Source: Mobula hypostoma
Lineage: Eukaryota
DNA length: 64,000 nt
NCBI RefSeq assembly: GCF_963921235.1
Contig: NC_086108.1
Location: forward strand, 97,776,001 to 97,840,000
Direction of reading: 5' to 3'
In this document: positions 1 to 12,825 of the stretch, piece after piece
Numbering within the stretch: the stretch's first letter is position 1
Layout: each line of letters begins with the position of its first letter
The notes under the pieces: model-generated
Database searches by the model: none
What the model saw: the letters and a program-made list of their open reading frames with translations, nothing else
Told to the model about the DNA's origin: nothing
Program-made: the position numbers and the translations under genes

Positions 1-9
1 TATCATCTT

Positions 10-30
10 TTCTCTCTCTCTCTCTCTCCT
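10..30 (+). repeat. (TC)n microsatellite
   Basis: tctctctctc run seen directly. Confidence 0.9.
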
Positions 31-99
31 CTCACCTCTTGATGTCTTGTGTCTGAAGATTCACCCCTTTCCTTCTGGGATGCTCAGCGACTTGGCTTC

Positions 100-345
100 C
101 CCCGCCTTCCCTGAATGAGAACTCCACAGGTCCACACTCTCTGAGTGATAAAGTTTCTCCTCATCCCAGGCAGAAAAGCCTTTCAGCTGAACATGTGATC
201 CCTTGTTCTGGAAATTCCAGAGGGAAACATCCAGCCCATGTTGGTTTCAGTTGGATTCCCCCCCTCATTCTTCTAAACCCCAGTTCTAAGCCTAATCGAC
301 CTAACCTCTCCTCATCTGACAGTCCCACAATCCCAGGAATCAGTC
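100..345 (-). mobile_element. CR1-type LINE ORF2 3' fragment, decayed
   Basis: ORF 161..418 gives FSRLIPGIVGLSDEERLGRLGL..FRRMRG, matching the CR1 ORF2 C-terminal motif seen in other copies here. Confidence 0.75.
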
Positions 346-1419
346 TGGAAAACCCAGCTTTACCCTTAGTTCCAATTGGCATTGAGGATGGTGGTGCCTT
401 CACAGCCCCTTCCTCCATTGAGTTTCATGGGTCACCACCATTCACTCCTTGCCGGGACTGCAGGCTTCTGGTTTGATCATTAGTTATGAAATAGTTCAGA
501 TTGTTAGGAAAAAGTTATTTTCAGTTACTTGACATGTATTGTAGCTTCATGGCCTCGGTTAGGAATGTGATGTTTTTCCATGCTTTTCAGCCCACCCCAG
601 AGGACCAGGGTTGGGTGGGGGATATGCCAGTCCAAGAGTGGCGCGATACATTTCTATTGCTGCCAATGCCCATAGCTGTATGGATGCAAGTTTGGAACTT
701 CTACACATATTCTTTAGGTATAGAGCCATAGAGTTAACACAGCTCAGAAGAAACCCCACACTGCATGATAGAGGGCTTCCTGCATGTGAAGGTGGGACGT
801 TGATCCCACCAGAGTCTTCCTTGTGGAGCCATAAGAAAAACAGTTGCAGTACTTCCCCCAAGCCATCAGGCCGATCAATACCTCCACCCATTAACCCAAC
901 CACCATGCCCACCACCAGTACATCCACATCAGTCACTCCTCTCCACAGGCCCCTGCACCCTCATTCACTGTCCCCCCCCCCCACCGCCATGCACTGCCAC
1001 TTTACACTTACATTCCACGCCCCATACCTGCACTGACACAGTCACTGCCGTACTGTGCTTTCAACTGCCCTGCCGCTACAAATGATCCTCTTGCTAAGAG
1101 TCGATTTGTCACCTTATCACTTCCTGTCAGAGTCACCTATGCACAGATACCTAGTGATGCCCAGTGACTACTTATTGGTAGCAAAAACCCAAAACAAAGA
1201 AAACTACTAAATACCGTATTAATAACACTTTATTAGTAATGATCAATGCTAACAATGGAGAGGTGAGTGGTGGTGCTGGTGGAGGTGAAGGCACAGGCGA
1301 GGATTAGTCGAGGAAAATGGAGGCGAGTGATGGTGGAGATGGAGGTGCAGGGAAGGCCTAGTTGAGGCAAGTGAAGGTGGAGGTGGGGTTGAAGCAGAGT
1401 CAAGGCAGAGTTGTGGCAT

Positions 1420-1860
1420 TCCCGAGAGTGAATAAAGTCCAGGTGTCTGATTGATTTAAGCGCTGGGCCAGATTGAAAAGGTCAGTGTGGGAGGGCCGGT
1501 TGTGCTCACTGCACTGTGATGTTTACTCAGCTCTGCACTAAACTGAAGCTGCGGTCTGCTCTGGCTACAATGATGCCTGGTTTTGCATCTGTGGCCTCAG
1601 CTCTGCGATGAACAGGGGCTGTGGTCTGTCCCAGCTGCAGTGCTGCCTGGTATCATGCCTTTCATAAAATTTCTGTTCTGAAGCTATTTGCTTGCTTTTA
1701 TTGTTTGCACAATTTGTTTTTTTTTCTCTTTCTCTCTGAATTGGGTGCTGTTAATGAGTTATTTTGAGGTTTCTTTGTTTTGTGGCTGTCCGTAAGGAGA
1801 CAAATCTCAAGGTTGTATAATTTAAACATACTTTGATAATAAATGTACTTTGAACTTCTG
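1420..1860 (+). mobile_element. LINE-related/non-autonomous retroelement 3' end
   Basis: Ends in tttgataataaatgtactttgaac, a tail recurring at about 7340-7410 (reverse) and about 37590. Confidence 0.5.
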
Positions 1861-2119
1861 CACCTAGCATCACTTTTTGTACATACAGTCAAGTTCAAGT
1901 TTAGAATCATTGAACGCTACATGTATACCGCCAAACAAGACAACACTCCTCCTGACACAGCACACATAACATATAAAGGAATATTATCACAAATTAACAA
2001 ATAATAAGGAACATATATGAAATAATTTAAAAAGTAACCAGCATAACGGTGCTCACACTTCCTATGGGATGAAACCTGGGTGGTTGCAGGGAGATCAGGA
2101 GTCTTTTGAACTGGGGAGT

Positions 2120-2445
2120 AATCAGTGGACTGATTAGACCGATAAGCAAATTGGAAAGGGTCCAATCTTGCAGGCAGATAGGATTTAATGAGATCCATAA
2201 CCAGCCACTCAAGGCACTTCATTATTGGTGAGGTTAGTGCCACTGGACAGGAGTTGTTGAGGCAGGTTACTGTTGCCCTCCTGGCACTGGAGTGACGGAG
2301 GCTGCCTTGAAGCCTGAAGGAACAGGGGACTGTTCTAGAGAGATGCTGAAGATGTCTGATAGAACCTCTGTTAACTGGGCTGCACAGACCCTCAGCACAC
2401 GACCAGGTATGTTATCAGGCCCTGCAGCTTTACATGGGTCAATGT
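2120..2445 (-). mobile_element. Rex1/Babar-like LINE RT fragment
   Basis: KAAGPDNIPGRVLRVCAAQLTEVLSDIFSISL and ALTSPIMKCLEWLV...LDPFQFAYRSNQSTD in ORFs 2267..2503 and 1917..2243. Confidence 0.85.
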
Positions 2446-3104
2446 ACAGTATATAGTCTAATCTTATGTATACACGACCACACTCATACAGATACTTGAA
2501 CATTGTGCTTTATGAGATTGCTTTTATAGTTATGTTTACGTGTTTTTATGCTTGTGGAGTTTTTCTACCCTGCATCAGATCCGGATTTTGTTCTTTTTTA
2601 CACTCGTGCACTGAAGAATGACAGCAAACAATCTTAAATCTTGAATAAAGAGGGGGAAAGTAAAGTAACCCTTTTATCTCAATTTGCTTCTCTTGCCATC
2701 TGTCGCAGGCTGAATGAAGCAATAACGTTCTCCAGAACCCAGCCAGGTCAGGCAGTACCAATGCAACTGGACTTTCTGAGTGATGGCCATGATATATCCC
2801 CAGCCAATCTATGATCTTGTTTAACATGGATGAGCTCTGATTCCTCAGCTAATGATCACAGGTAACAATTTGTTGTCTTCCTGTGGTATCAGTGTGAACG
2901 TTGAGGACTCCAGTGGCCATTTTCTGTTGCAAAACCTGCAGCATGATATTGGGTGTGTTGTGGATGTCCACTGATGAGGACAGAACGATTCTGCTCATTT
3001 TTCTGTGCCAGGATATTACCTGTATAGAGGGATAGCTCTCCCAATTTTTGGCCCATTTCCCTGTTGCTAGTGAGGAATTAGCTAAATGCATCTCAATCAA
3101 ACAC

Positions 3105-4010
3105 AATCATAGAGTCATAGAGCACTACAACACAGAAACAGACTCTTCAGCCCATCTAGTCCATGCCAAACTGTTATTGTGCCTGATTGCATTGACCCGC
3201 ACCTGGACCATAGCCCCCGATACCTCTCCCATTCATGTACCTATCCAAATTTCTCTTAAATGTTGCATTCAAAGCCCTATCTACCACTTCCACTGGCAGT
3301 TCATTCCATGTTCGTGCCACCTTCTGAGTGAAGAAGTTTCCCCTCAGGTGTCCCTTAAACATTTCATCTTTCACCTTAACCTTCTAGATGTAGTCTCACC
3401 CAAACTCAGTGGAAAAAGCCTGTTTGCATTTACCTTATCTATACCCCTCTATCAAATCTCCTTTCATCTTCCTACACTCTAGAGAATAAAGGCATAACTG
3501 TTGGGGCATATTCTGGAGTTGTGGTATATGGAAAAGATCAGTTTCAACAGCAATTGGTCTTCGGATCTGAATATGGATTGTAGGTTGAATTTAAAATGCA
3601 GCTCTGAACAATGGTCTTCCTGGAGCTTCAGGCTGGTTGATTGCAAACTTATGCACCTGAGATGTCTGCATATGCATGAATACAGCCTAGAGACAGTGGG
3701 GATTAACATTCACTTGGGGTGTCTGGAGTGTTGGTATGAAGATGGAAGTGTTTAAAAATTATATATAATTCAAAGGAAGCAAAGTGGAGCCATTGCAACT
3801 ATAGAACTGTCCTGCTTTTACCTCCGGCCTTTAGCATATGAAAATGTCATGAAATATTGGGTCAGGCAGGCCTCTTCTTCCAAGAGTGTCTCCAAGTATG
3901 ATGCCTGTTGCTTGTTTTGCTGAATAAAGACTTCTATATCCACTAACTTCAGTATCCCTCTGATGACTTTGTTCACAGCCACAACAGTAACCTATTCAAC
4001 CTTTCTCTAA
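3105..4010 (-). mobile_element. CR1 LINE 3' end, interrupted by a solo LTR at 3499-3986
   Basis: ORF 3174..3374 RGNFFTQKVARTWNELP..FKRNLDRYM; tail microsatellite at about 3108; CR1 resumes at 3987 (taacctattcaaccttt). Confidence 0.85.
3499..3986 (+). mobile_element. solo LTR (488 bp) of an LTR retrotransposon/ERV
   Basis: TGTTG...CAACA termini, flanks ataac/gtaac (4/5 match, 5 bp TSD), TATA-like at about 3760, AATAAA at 3923-3928, splits a contiguous CR1. Confidence 0.75.
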
Positions 4011-4449
4011 CCTTGTTCTTCAGCTAACGCTGGCTGCTGCATCCTATCTTATCCCTTCTGTAACTGATTGTAGCTATTTGGAACAACTGGTTGTCTTGCC
4101 ATGCAATCTGAGGGGCTGGTCAGAGCCAATCATAGTGCTTTTTCACACCTACTCATCAAAATGGGTAAGGATTTCCTCTCTGATGAACCAAATAGTTTTT
4201 CTTCCATTGCTCTAGAACAGCATGCAAAAAGCGGATCAGTACCTAGGACAAAACAATCCACTTACTTTGCACCTGTAGAAGGCTTTCTCACCACCACCGA
4301 CTGCAGTGAATTTAGCATGTCCCATGCGCTGCAGTTCCTCAACTGATCACTGGTCAAGCACATGGCACCTATCATTGTGAAGGTCAAGGATAGCGGACAT
4401 GTGAACACTACCCTCTGCACGTTCGCATGCAAGGCACAGTCTATCCTCA

Positions 4450-5215
4450 CCTCAGAATCAGAACCAAGTGTATTATCACCGACATGAAAGGTCATGAAAT
4501 TGGTCATTTTGTAGCATCAGGACAGTGCAAGACATAAAAATTTCCATAAATGAATAAATAATTTGGGCAATAGTGAGGTAGTATTCAAGGATTCATGGGC
4601 CATTCCAAAAATCTGATGGCTGAGGGGAAGAAGCTGTCCCTGAAACATTGAGTTGGGGTCTTCATGCTCCTGTACCCCCTCCCCAATGGTAGTATTTATT
4701 TATTTGTTTGTTTGTTTATTGACATACAGTGCAGATCAGGCCCTTCTGGCCTTTCGAGCCAGGCCACCCAGCAAACCCCTACTTAATCCTAGCCAATTCA
4801 CAGGACAATTTACAACGACCAATTAGCCTGCCAACCAGTATGCCTTTAGACTGTGGGGGGGAACCGGAGCAACCTGAGGAAACCCATGTAGGCACGGGGA
4901 GAACGTGCAAACTTCTTCCAGGCTGCAGCAGGAACTGAACCTGGGCCAATTGAACTGTAAAGCGTTGTGCTCACCATTAAGCTTCCATGCTGATAGTAAT
5001 GAGAAGAGGGCATGACCTGGATGGCGAGGGTTCTTAATGAGGCTAGAGGCATCAACCTTTGAAGATGTCCTTGATGGCAGGGGAGGGCTTTGCCTGTGAT
5101 GGAGCTGGTTGAGTCTACAACACACTGGAGCTTCCTTCAATCCTGCACATCCTGTATGGAGCCTCCATACCAGTCAGAATGCTCTCTACCGTACATCTGT
5201 AGAAGTTTGCAGTTA
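4450..5215 (-). mobile_element. Rex1/Babar-like LINE 3' end with nested SINE
   Basis: (tcagaa)n tail at about 4452; KVDASSLIKNPRHPGHALFSLL in ORF 4823..5140. Confidence 0.7.
4695..4980 (-). mobile_element. tRNA-derived V-SINE/HE1-like SINE
   Basis: Reverse of the gggtttcctc..gctccggtttcctcccaca core; (TTTA/TTTG)n tail. Confidence 0.75.
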
Positions 5216-5468
5216 GGTATCACTCCTTGTTCTAAATTCTGGGACTCCCTATCCACCAGCGTTGCAGGTGTGGCTTGTCCAGAAGGATTTCAATGGTTCA
5301 AACAGTGGCTTATCACCAACACCTGACCTACACAAACATCCTGTTTCACTGCGTGTTTATAAGTGGGTGGAGAAGATGGTGAAGTACTACCTTCGACTGC
5401 TACAATCATTCTGGTAAAGGTATTCCCAAAGTGTAATTGGATACAGAGCTACAAACATCTCAATAAAT

Positions 5469-5470
<2 letters not shown>

Positions 5471-5502
<32 letters not shown>

Positions 5503-5595
5503 AGTGTGTGTGTCTGCCTGTCTGTCAATCTGTGCCTGTGTCCGACAATGTGTTTGTGTGTATGTACGTTTGCGTGTGCATGTATGTACGCATGT
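5471..5595 (+). repeat. (TG)n microsatellite with degenerate extension
   Basis: Seen directly. Confidence 0.95.
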
Positions 5596-6859
5596 GGGCC
5601 CGCAAGCTAGATTCTATGACTGAATTCCACTCTTTTATTTTCTAATACTTTGACATATATTCAAACTTTTTATTAAATAAAGACTCTGCATATATTAAAA
5701 TTTCTTGTCTAGACACCAGTTTATAATCCTTGAATGTTTCATAAGTGCACACGAACAGTGTATTGTTTTGTTTGCCTATTTATATGAAAAGATTAAAGCA
5801 AACGAATTCTAAATCAACCGACTAGGGAAAATGAACTCATTGTATCTCTCTTTGAAGCTTGTTAGTAGTAATAATAAATGAGCTGGCAGCTGACAGCTAA
5901 AACCTAATCCCCTTTAATGCCATCATAGGTAATAACTCGTAAGCTCAGTAAATTTGTGGTAATGTCTGAGAAGCGGATCCAGGGTCAGCCACTGCCACCT
6001 TATAAAAATACAGTAGAATTGCTCATATTAATAATTTAAAGGACAGGAAAATTGTAGCAAATACAAAGTTATTGCTGCAAAAATTAAATGTTTTTTTTGG
6101 ACCAATTGTGCGGATGACCTGGTTTAAGGCAATGAACGATTAATAACTGTCGTGGTGATTAAATATCTACATCTTTTAAGATTAGAAACCAAAAGCTTAT
6201 TTACAAGCTCATAACCCTCTGTATACCAACAGTTCCAATAATACTATGTAGCTGTTTTGCTAAATTGCAGTGCTTTCAAGCAATACCAGGAAAATTATTT
6301 CAATTAGGGTGCAGATTTCATAAAAGATGGGGCCATAACTAATTTCAAAGTTAACCAATACATCTCCATAAGTGATAATTATTATTTTGCATTAAAATTT
6401 CCCCTGCAAAGAAATGTAATAATGATAGCTGGAGTATATCATTAGTTATTGTTATGCCTTTCTTCCTCATTTTTTTTATTGAGGCCTTTAGGCATGTACA
6501 GACATTTGCATTGGTGCCTCATCATTTTCTCCATGGAGACATGAGGTAGAGAAATAATCATGCATAGGGCAATCAAACAGCAATCACATTAACATCATGT
6601 CTCTCTCTGTAGCGGTACTTTGTCTGTTTGTGGTTTAAAATCTAAAGTGTGTGGGAAAACATGACATTTTTACTTTCCCAATTTCAAATGCTTTTTAATC
6701 CAAATACATCGTGTGAATGCCAACAGGAACTTGGTCATTTGGGAACTATCTAATGCCGTTCCAGTTACATTCAAAGTGGCGTTCTGCACACTTCGTTACA
6801 TTCCTGTTCTCAACAATCCGCATGACATTTAATGCTCAACCAATAGTTCATGATGGCAG

Positions 6860-7870
6860 AATGTGAATCAAGGATCAAGAATCAACTTTACTCACCATAT
6901 ACATTTACGTGTATTAGGAACTTGCTGTGGTGTGTTGGCACAACATGCAATAAAAAAATAGTATTCAAATATTATAAAGAATTATTATAAATAAAGATAG
7001 AGGTTAAAGTACAGACAGGGAATAAAATGAGCATAAATACATAAATACCAGCACAATGTAAACAGCATTATAAAATGTAGTTTGAAATGTTTACAGTACA
7101 GTGCAATGACAGGGGTAATAGATAGAGAGGGATGGGGGCTAACTAGAATGGTTAATCAGATTAACTGCCTGGTAGAAGAAACTTTTAAGATGGCGTGAAG
7201 TTCTTGTTTCAATAGCCCCATAGAGCTTTATAGAAGTGAGCTTTTAGATAAAAAACAGTTTGCAGAGTAAATGAACTATCTCTCAGTTGAAGATTCTTCA
7301 TTGAAGACGGAGTGTGGATCCCTAACCTACCGGTACAGTTCAAAGTACAGTTATTACCAAAGTAAATAAATGTCACCATATGACAAAGTTTAAAGTACAT
7401 TTATTATCAAAGTATATGTAAATTACATGACCTAGAGGTTTGTCTGCCACAAAACAAGAAACTCGAAAGAACCCATTAAAAATAATTTCAACAAATGCCA
7501 AATGTGCAGAGAGAAAAAAAAAACACAAATCATGCAACAGCATTCAGAACGAAAGCGATTCCGTAGCTTCAGCCTCAGTTCATCACACAGCAGGGCAAAT
7601 CGTCATAGAGCTCACTTCCCAGAGCAGCCTCACAGCCTCAGTGTTGCAGGGAGTGGAGCAGGGTAGCAGAGCAGTGATCAGAACTGACCCAACCCTTGCC
7701 TCTGGTCCTGACACCCGGCCTTTCAGTCCATCTGGGCCACAGTTTAAATTGTCCAAGCACCGGGCCCTGTCACTTTGAGACATTCTGGGCCTGGACCCAG
7801 CTGCCACCTTTTGCTCATACATAACCTTTCCAAATCTACCCTGAGATACATTTTCTTGCAGGCATTCACA
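6860..7870 (-). mobile_element. cluster of decayed LINE-related 3' ends
   Basis: Tails aatcaagaatcaa and aaagtacatttattatcaaagta, similar to other copies in the window. Confidence 0.5.
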
Positions 7871-9937
7871 GTAGAACAAACAAATATAATAGAATCAATG
7901 AAAAAAGGCTTTTTTTTAAAACAAATGACTTTATGTGAGAGTGATAAAGTAAAAGTAACAGTTATACATTCAGTGCCTTTAACAAACTATAGACCGTATC
8001 ACAGGAACCAACCCATGGGGGAATTAACATCAGGCCATACAGGAATGAATAGTACATGTGGCCAAAAGAATAACCAAATAAGTAATATTATGGAGCTTCT
8101 TAAAGGAGGGGATAGGGGTGGGATCCTTCGGAAGGGATTTCCAGAGTTGGGGCCTTGGGAGCTGAAAATACAGCAGCCAATGGTATAAGGGATGAAATTA
8201 AGGAAGCACATGGACACATATTAGAGGAGATCCTGAAAGGTGTACATCACACACAGTGAGTATAAATTGGTTGTCTATAAATGACCTCTCTTTCACTAAG
8301 CCAAAGATTCAACTCTGAAGACTTCCAAAGGAAAACGAAACATATTGTTGCATATTGATGTAATGATCATGACATTAAAAAGAATAATTGGCCATTAATC
8401 TGAATTTTATTGTAAGGAAAAGACCACAATTGAAAAGTTCCATGTATATTAGCCACATATGGTAAATGTTCTGAATCTACATTTAATCTAGGGTACCACA
8501 TCAACTGATTAATCATTCTGCTATTAATGGTGTACACTGAAAATCTATCAAATGGCTGCCAATCAAGGCCTAAAGAGCTCTGCGTTCGCAACATCATTGA
8601 AATTTGGAATAGCAACAGTGGTTAGTCTCCAAATCCCGCAGGCTTTTGCCTTTGGTTTGCAAAATGTTTTAGCAGCCATCAGCCAAGAAATGCATGTGTC
8701 ATCTGCAAACCCAAATTGATAAGAATTCGGTTCAAGTGATATGCACGGAGTTAAAGCTCTGAAGGGTTGAGAGTCGCCGGAAAACAGATTTTAAAAATAG
8801 AGAAATGCGAAATGCAGAGAGCGGAAGAAGCTGTTATCGCCTTTGATCTGAAAATAGATCCAGCTTCGATATCATGCAACAGGAACAAACATTACTAGTT
8901 TCCCTGTCATTGCATGAAAGGTCAGGCATCTTTTGGGCAATTGGGGAGGATGTGGTTTCAGGGGGTTTGCAGATGTGTTTAACAGCAGGGTATTTTCCGC
9001 TGTCATAGCCAGTTGAAGAAAACTTTGTATAAAGCACATCTGCTGATAAGCAGTTCGGCCTTGCTGTGAAGATCACATCCCTTCTCCCTGCTCAACGCTG
9101 CGTGAACATCCTACCTGGACAAAAGCTCCAAGCTCCCGAACCAGTCGAAATTTAACTGGGGGAGAGAAAAAAAATGTGCGCAGTGGTGATGGACCCCAGG
9201 GACTCTTCATTACCTGTCATTAAATGTTTTAAAGTTTGCATAATTGATCTGGCCAATAAGTCATCATTGATTTAGGTAGGTCTCAGCTGAAGAGGTTCTC
9301 TTTAAAAATTCATAATGCTGGTATGTGTCTTTACAATCCATTAGCTGTTTATGTGTCCATGGTCCAGAGATTGATCGACCTTTGGGTAGTGATTCCCATG
9401 GACTCCTGTCTCCGTACCAGCCTTCATAAGGCGAGAGCTGTTTAGAGTCATCCCTTGACAGCAATACTTTGATTCTTTTTTACATCAAAATAGAACTCTA
9501 CTTTGAAATGATGAATAAATAAAGCATATTCTATAAACAGCTTTTCAGTCTTATTTAGGATTTTGAGCTTCGTCTTGGCAATCCTTATTTCTCTGCCATC
9601 AGATTCAAGTGTGTAAATGTTCTAAAAGGCCCTGAATGATTTATGATGATTTCAAGGAATGATGGAGTAATAGTTGAAGAATGAAGCTATTAGTTTTAAT
9701 ATTTATATTGAGTGCTCTGAAACATTAATGTGACAGGATGTAGGAATCAGAGCAGCGGGACGTATTTACTTTACGACTTCCACCACGTGGCAAATGCATT
9801 TGTATTCTGTGGCCGTGGTGCCGGATATTTACTTGCGATAATTCAAGTCCGGCAGCGATTCGCCGATAGCACAGGGCGTCAGAAACAGTGCCTTATTCCA
9901 GTCGTGGCTTGGGGAAACGATGGTTGAGCCGATACAA

Positions 9938-10215
9938 TTTATTTATTGAGATAGAGCACGGAGTAGGCCCTTCCGGCCCTTTGAGCCATGCCACCCAGGA
10001 ATCCCCTCATTTAACCCTAGCCTAATCACCGCACAATTTACAATTAACCTACTAACCTTTGTGTCTCTTGGAAAGTGGGAGGCAACTGGAGCATCTGGAT
10101 GAAGCCTATGTAGTCACAGGGAGAAAGTACAAACTCGTTACAGGCAGTGGCAGGAATCGAACCTGGGTTGCCTGGACTGTAAAGCGCTGTGCTAACCATT
10201 TCGCTACCATGCTAC
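9938..10215 (-). mobile_element. V-SINE/HE1-like SINE
   Basis: Paralogous to 4695-4980; tRNA-like head at about 10150-10212. Confidence 0.75.
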
Positions 10216-10499
10216 TCATTTCGATTACATGGAATCAGATCTGCCTGGACCCTGTAGTGATATTCAGACTTTATATTTCTGATCAAAATAAACTTTATTA
10301 GCAATAAAAAATATTCACAGAAAATAATTTGTGTAATGCCTTTTCAGTCTTACATTCATAGCCAAGGCTCTCCAGAGGGCTTATTTTAATTGACTGTAAA
10401 TGGACAAAGTCAGTACAGACACCTAGTGTAGATAATGGACGACCCTCATACAATGCTTTTGATGATTGCACCCTCCAAATTTTCATTTTTATTGTAACA

Positions 10500-10795
10500 T
10501 TCAAGATGATAGCACAAGAGAGAGAAGTTTTAAGGGGCTTGGAGGTAGGTACAGAGGAGATGTCAGGGGTAAGTTTTTTACACAGAGAGTGGTGAGTGCA
10601 TGGAATGGGCTGCCAGCGACGGTGGTGGAGGCGGATACAATAGGGGCTTTTAAGAGACTCCAGGATAGGTACATGGAGCTTAGAAAAATAGAGGGCTATG
10701 GGTAACCCAAGGTAATTTCTAAGGTAAGGACATGTTCGACACAGCTTTGGGGGCTGAAGGGCCTGTATTGTGCTGTAGGTTTTCTATGTTTCTAT
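10500..10795 (+). mobile_element. CR1 LINE 3' end
   Basis: ORF 10466..10705 RGKFFTQRVVSAWNGLP; (ttctatgt)n tail. Confidence 0.9.
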
Positions 10796-10799
10796 TATT

Positions 10800-11239
10800 G
10801 TTAATACTTTCAAATTCTTCATAGTTCCTAACGCGCTGAAGTAGTGAAATAATTTCATTTTCACTCCCGGCCGTTTCTGGCATCTCCAAGCCTGAATGCT
10901 TGAAACCACAGTAAGCAAAGCAGATCTGAGTTGTTCTACTGCTTATTCCTTGCTAACCATCAGTGACAACAATCACTGTTTTTTGAACACAAACACAGGC
11001 AACTGAAGCCATTTAAAAAACCATTCACTCTAAACACGGTGTAGCCACACAAGCACACACGACTGATGCTAGTTAGAATCTGTTCGGCAACAGTCTCCTG
11101 CCTCAATTAAGCAGCATAGTGTCCCAAATAAGCAAAGGGAATCCCTGCTCTTTTCTCAATTGGTTTTTGTTCTTTAAGAGTTGTCCCAAATAAGCAGCTG
11201 CCCCAATTAATCAATTGCCCAATTAAGTGGAATCCACTG
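10800..11239. mobile_element. Tigger/pogo-like DNA transposon remnant (one end)
   Basis: Ends cccaattaagtggaatccactg with subterminal cccaattaa/cccaaataa repeats typical of TcMar-Tigger; other TIR not seen. Confidence 0.55.
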
Positions 11240-11240
11240 C

Positions 11241-11600
11241 ATTGAAAGGCCTAGATAGAGTAGACATGAAGAGGACATTTCCTATAAGGGGGGAGTCTGG
11301 GACCAGAGGACACAGCCTCAGAAAAGAGGGACATCCATTTAGAACAGAGATGAAGAGTAATTTCTTTATCCAGAGGGTGGTGAATCCTTGGAATTCATTG
11401 CCACAGGTGGCTGTGAAGGCCAAGTCATAGAGTATATTTAATGCGAAGGTTGATAGGGTCTTGATTAGTAAGGGTGTCATAGTTTATAGAGAGAAGGCAG
11501 AAAAATGGGTTTGAGAGTGATAATAAATCAGCCATAATGGAATTGCGGAGAAGACTTGATGGGCCGAATGGCCCAGCTCTGCTTCTATGTCTTATGGTCT
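11241..11600 (+). mobile_element. CR1 LINE 3' end
   Basis: LKGLDRVDM..TRGHSLR..FFIQRVVNPWNSLP. Confidence 0.9.
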
Positions 11601-12337
11601 TTCAGTACAGTTCTGTTATATTCCTTAAAACCAATAGAACTGTTGCTACTCATGTACCCCCCTGGCCCCTCCCTGTCCAGTAGTGGAAGAACCCTATACC
11701 GTGGTCCTTCCCCAGACTTTAGCCCCTAACTCAACTAAGTTGGTTCATGCACACGTCTTAAATAACAGAGCTAATTTTCCATTCAGGTTCAGAATGCACT
11801 CACATTGCGTAAATGGTGGAAGCGGGTCTTTACGCTGCCGGGCATCACGGTGCAGCAGATTCCAGACTCCAGACTTCGCCAATGAGCACGTATAGCTAAA
11901 TCCGCTCAATGAGGCAGAGCATTGGGTCCGCGGGGTGAGAAATAGACTGGCTCGCTCCCGTCCCAGAGGAGGCGATACCTGCTGGCGATTCATGGAGTGG
12001 AATTGATGATGGAGGCGCTGGAGAAACCCAAGTCTCAGATAACGTACCTGCTGGAACTAAAGGAAGGTGGAACTAAAAGGGGCCACAGGAAATGATCTAA
12101 AAGCTAGCAAAAAAAAAGCTTTTAGATAATTTCTGGGCATTTTTACCAATTTAAAACTGTATAACAAACACTGTCACGTTTCCCAAGTCTATATACTTAA
12201 TCCTTCCTAATTTGTCTTTAGATTATGAGAACACTCAGTCCACTTTTATTGTCATTTAGAAATGCATACATACATTAAGAAATGATACAATTGGAATCAT
12301 CCTGCATAGAGTGAGAAGAATGTGATGTCACTATCTT

Positions 12338-12550
12338 TTTGTGGAATTCATTGCCACAGGTGGCTGTGGAGGCCACATCATTGGGTTTATTTAAAGCAGA
12401 GATTGATAGATTCTTTATTGGAAGGATGTAAAAGGTTACCAGGAGAAGGCAGGAGAATGGGGTTGAGAGGCAAAATAAATCAGCCATGATGGAGTGGCAG
12501 AGCAAACTCAATGGGTCGAATGGCCTCACTCTTCTCCAATATCTTACGGA
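12338..12550 (+). mobile_element. CR1 LINE 3' end
   Basis: Near-identical to 11390-11600. Confidence 0.85.
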
Positions 12551-12584
12551 CTTTTAGTTTTATCTTTTTGGTGTTCAACAAAGT

Positions 12585-12825
12585 TGTGGCACAGTGCTTT
12601 ACAGCACCAGGGACCTAGGTACAATTCCTGCCACTACCTGTAAGAAGTCTGTACCATGTGGGTTTCCTCCAGGTGCTCCAGTTTCCTCCCACAGTCAAAA
12701 GACGACTGGTCGGTAGGTTCATTGGTCATTGTAATTAGGCTCGGGTTAAATCAAGGGTTGCTGAGCGGCACGGCTGAAAAAGAGCCGAAAGGGTCTACTC
12801 CACGCTGTATCTCAATAAATAAATA
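12585..12825 (+). mobile_element. V-SINE/HE1-like SINE
   Basis: gtgggtttcctccaggtgctccagtttcctcccacag core; aataaataaata tail. Confidence 0.75.

Noticed and set aside
559..1036. Overlapping 125-141 aa ORFs
   Set aside because: Low-complexity Pro/Thr content; overlaps a decayed Rex-like 3' end
5363..5623. Cys/Val-rich ORF (also the His/Thr-rich ORF at 48195..48413)
   Set aside because: Translations of dinucleotide microsatellites
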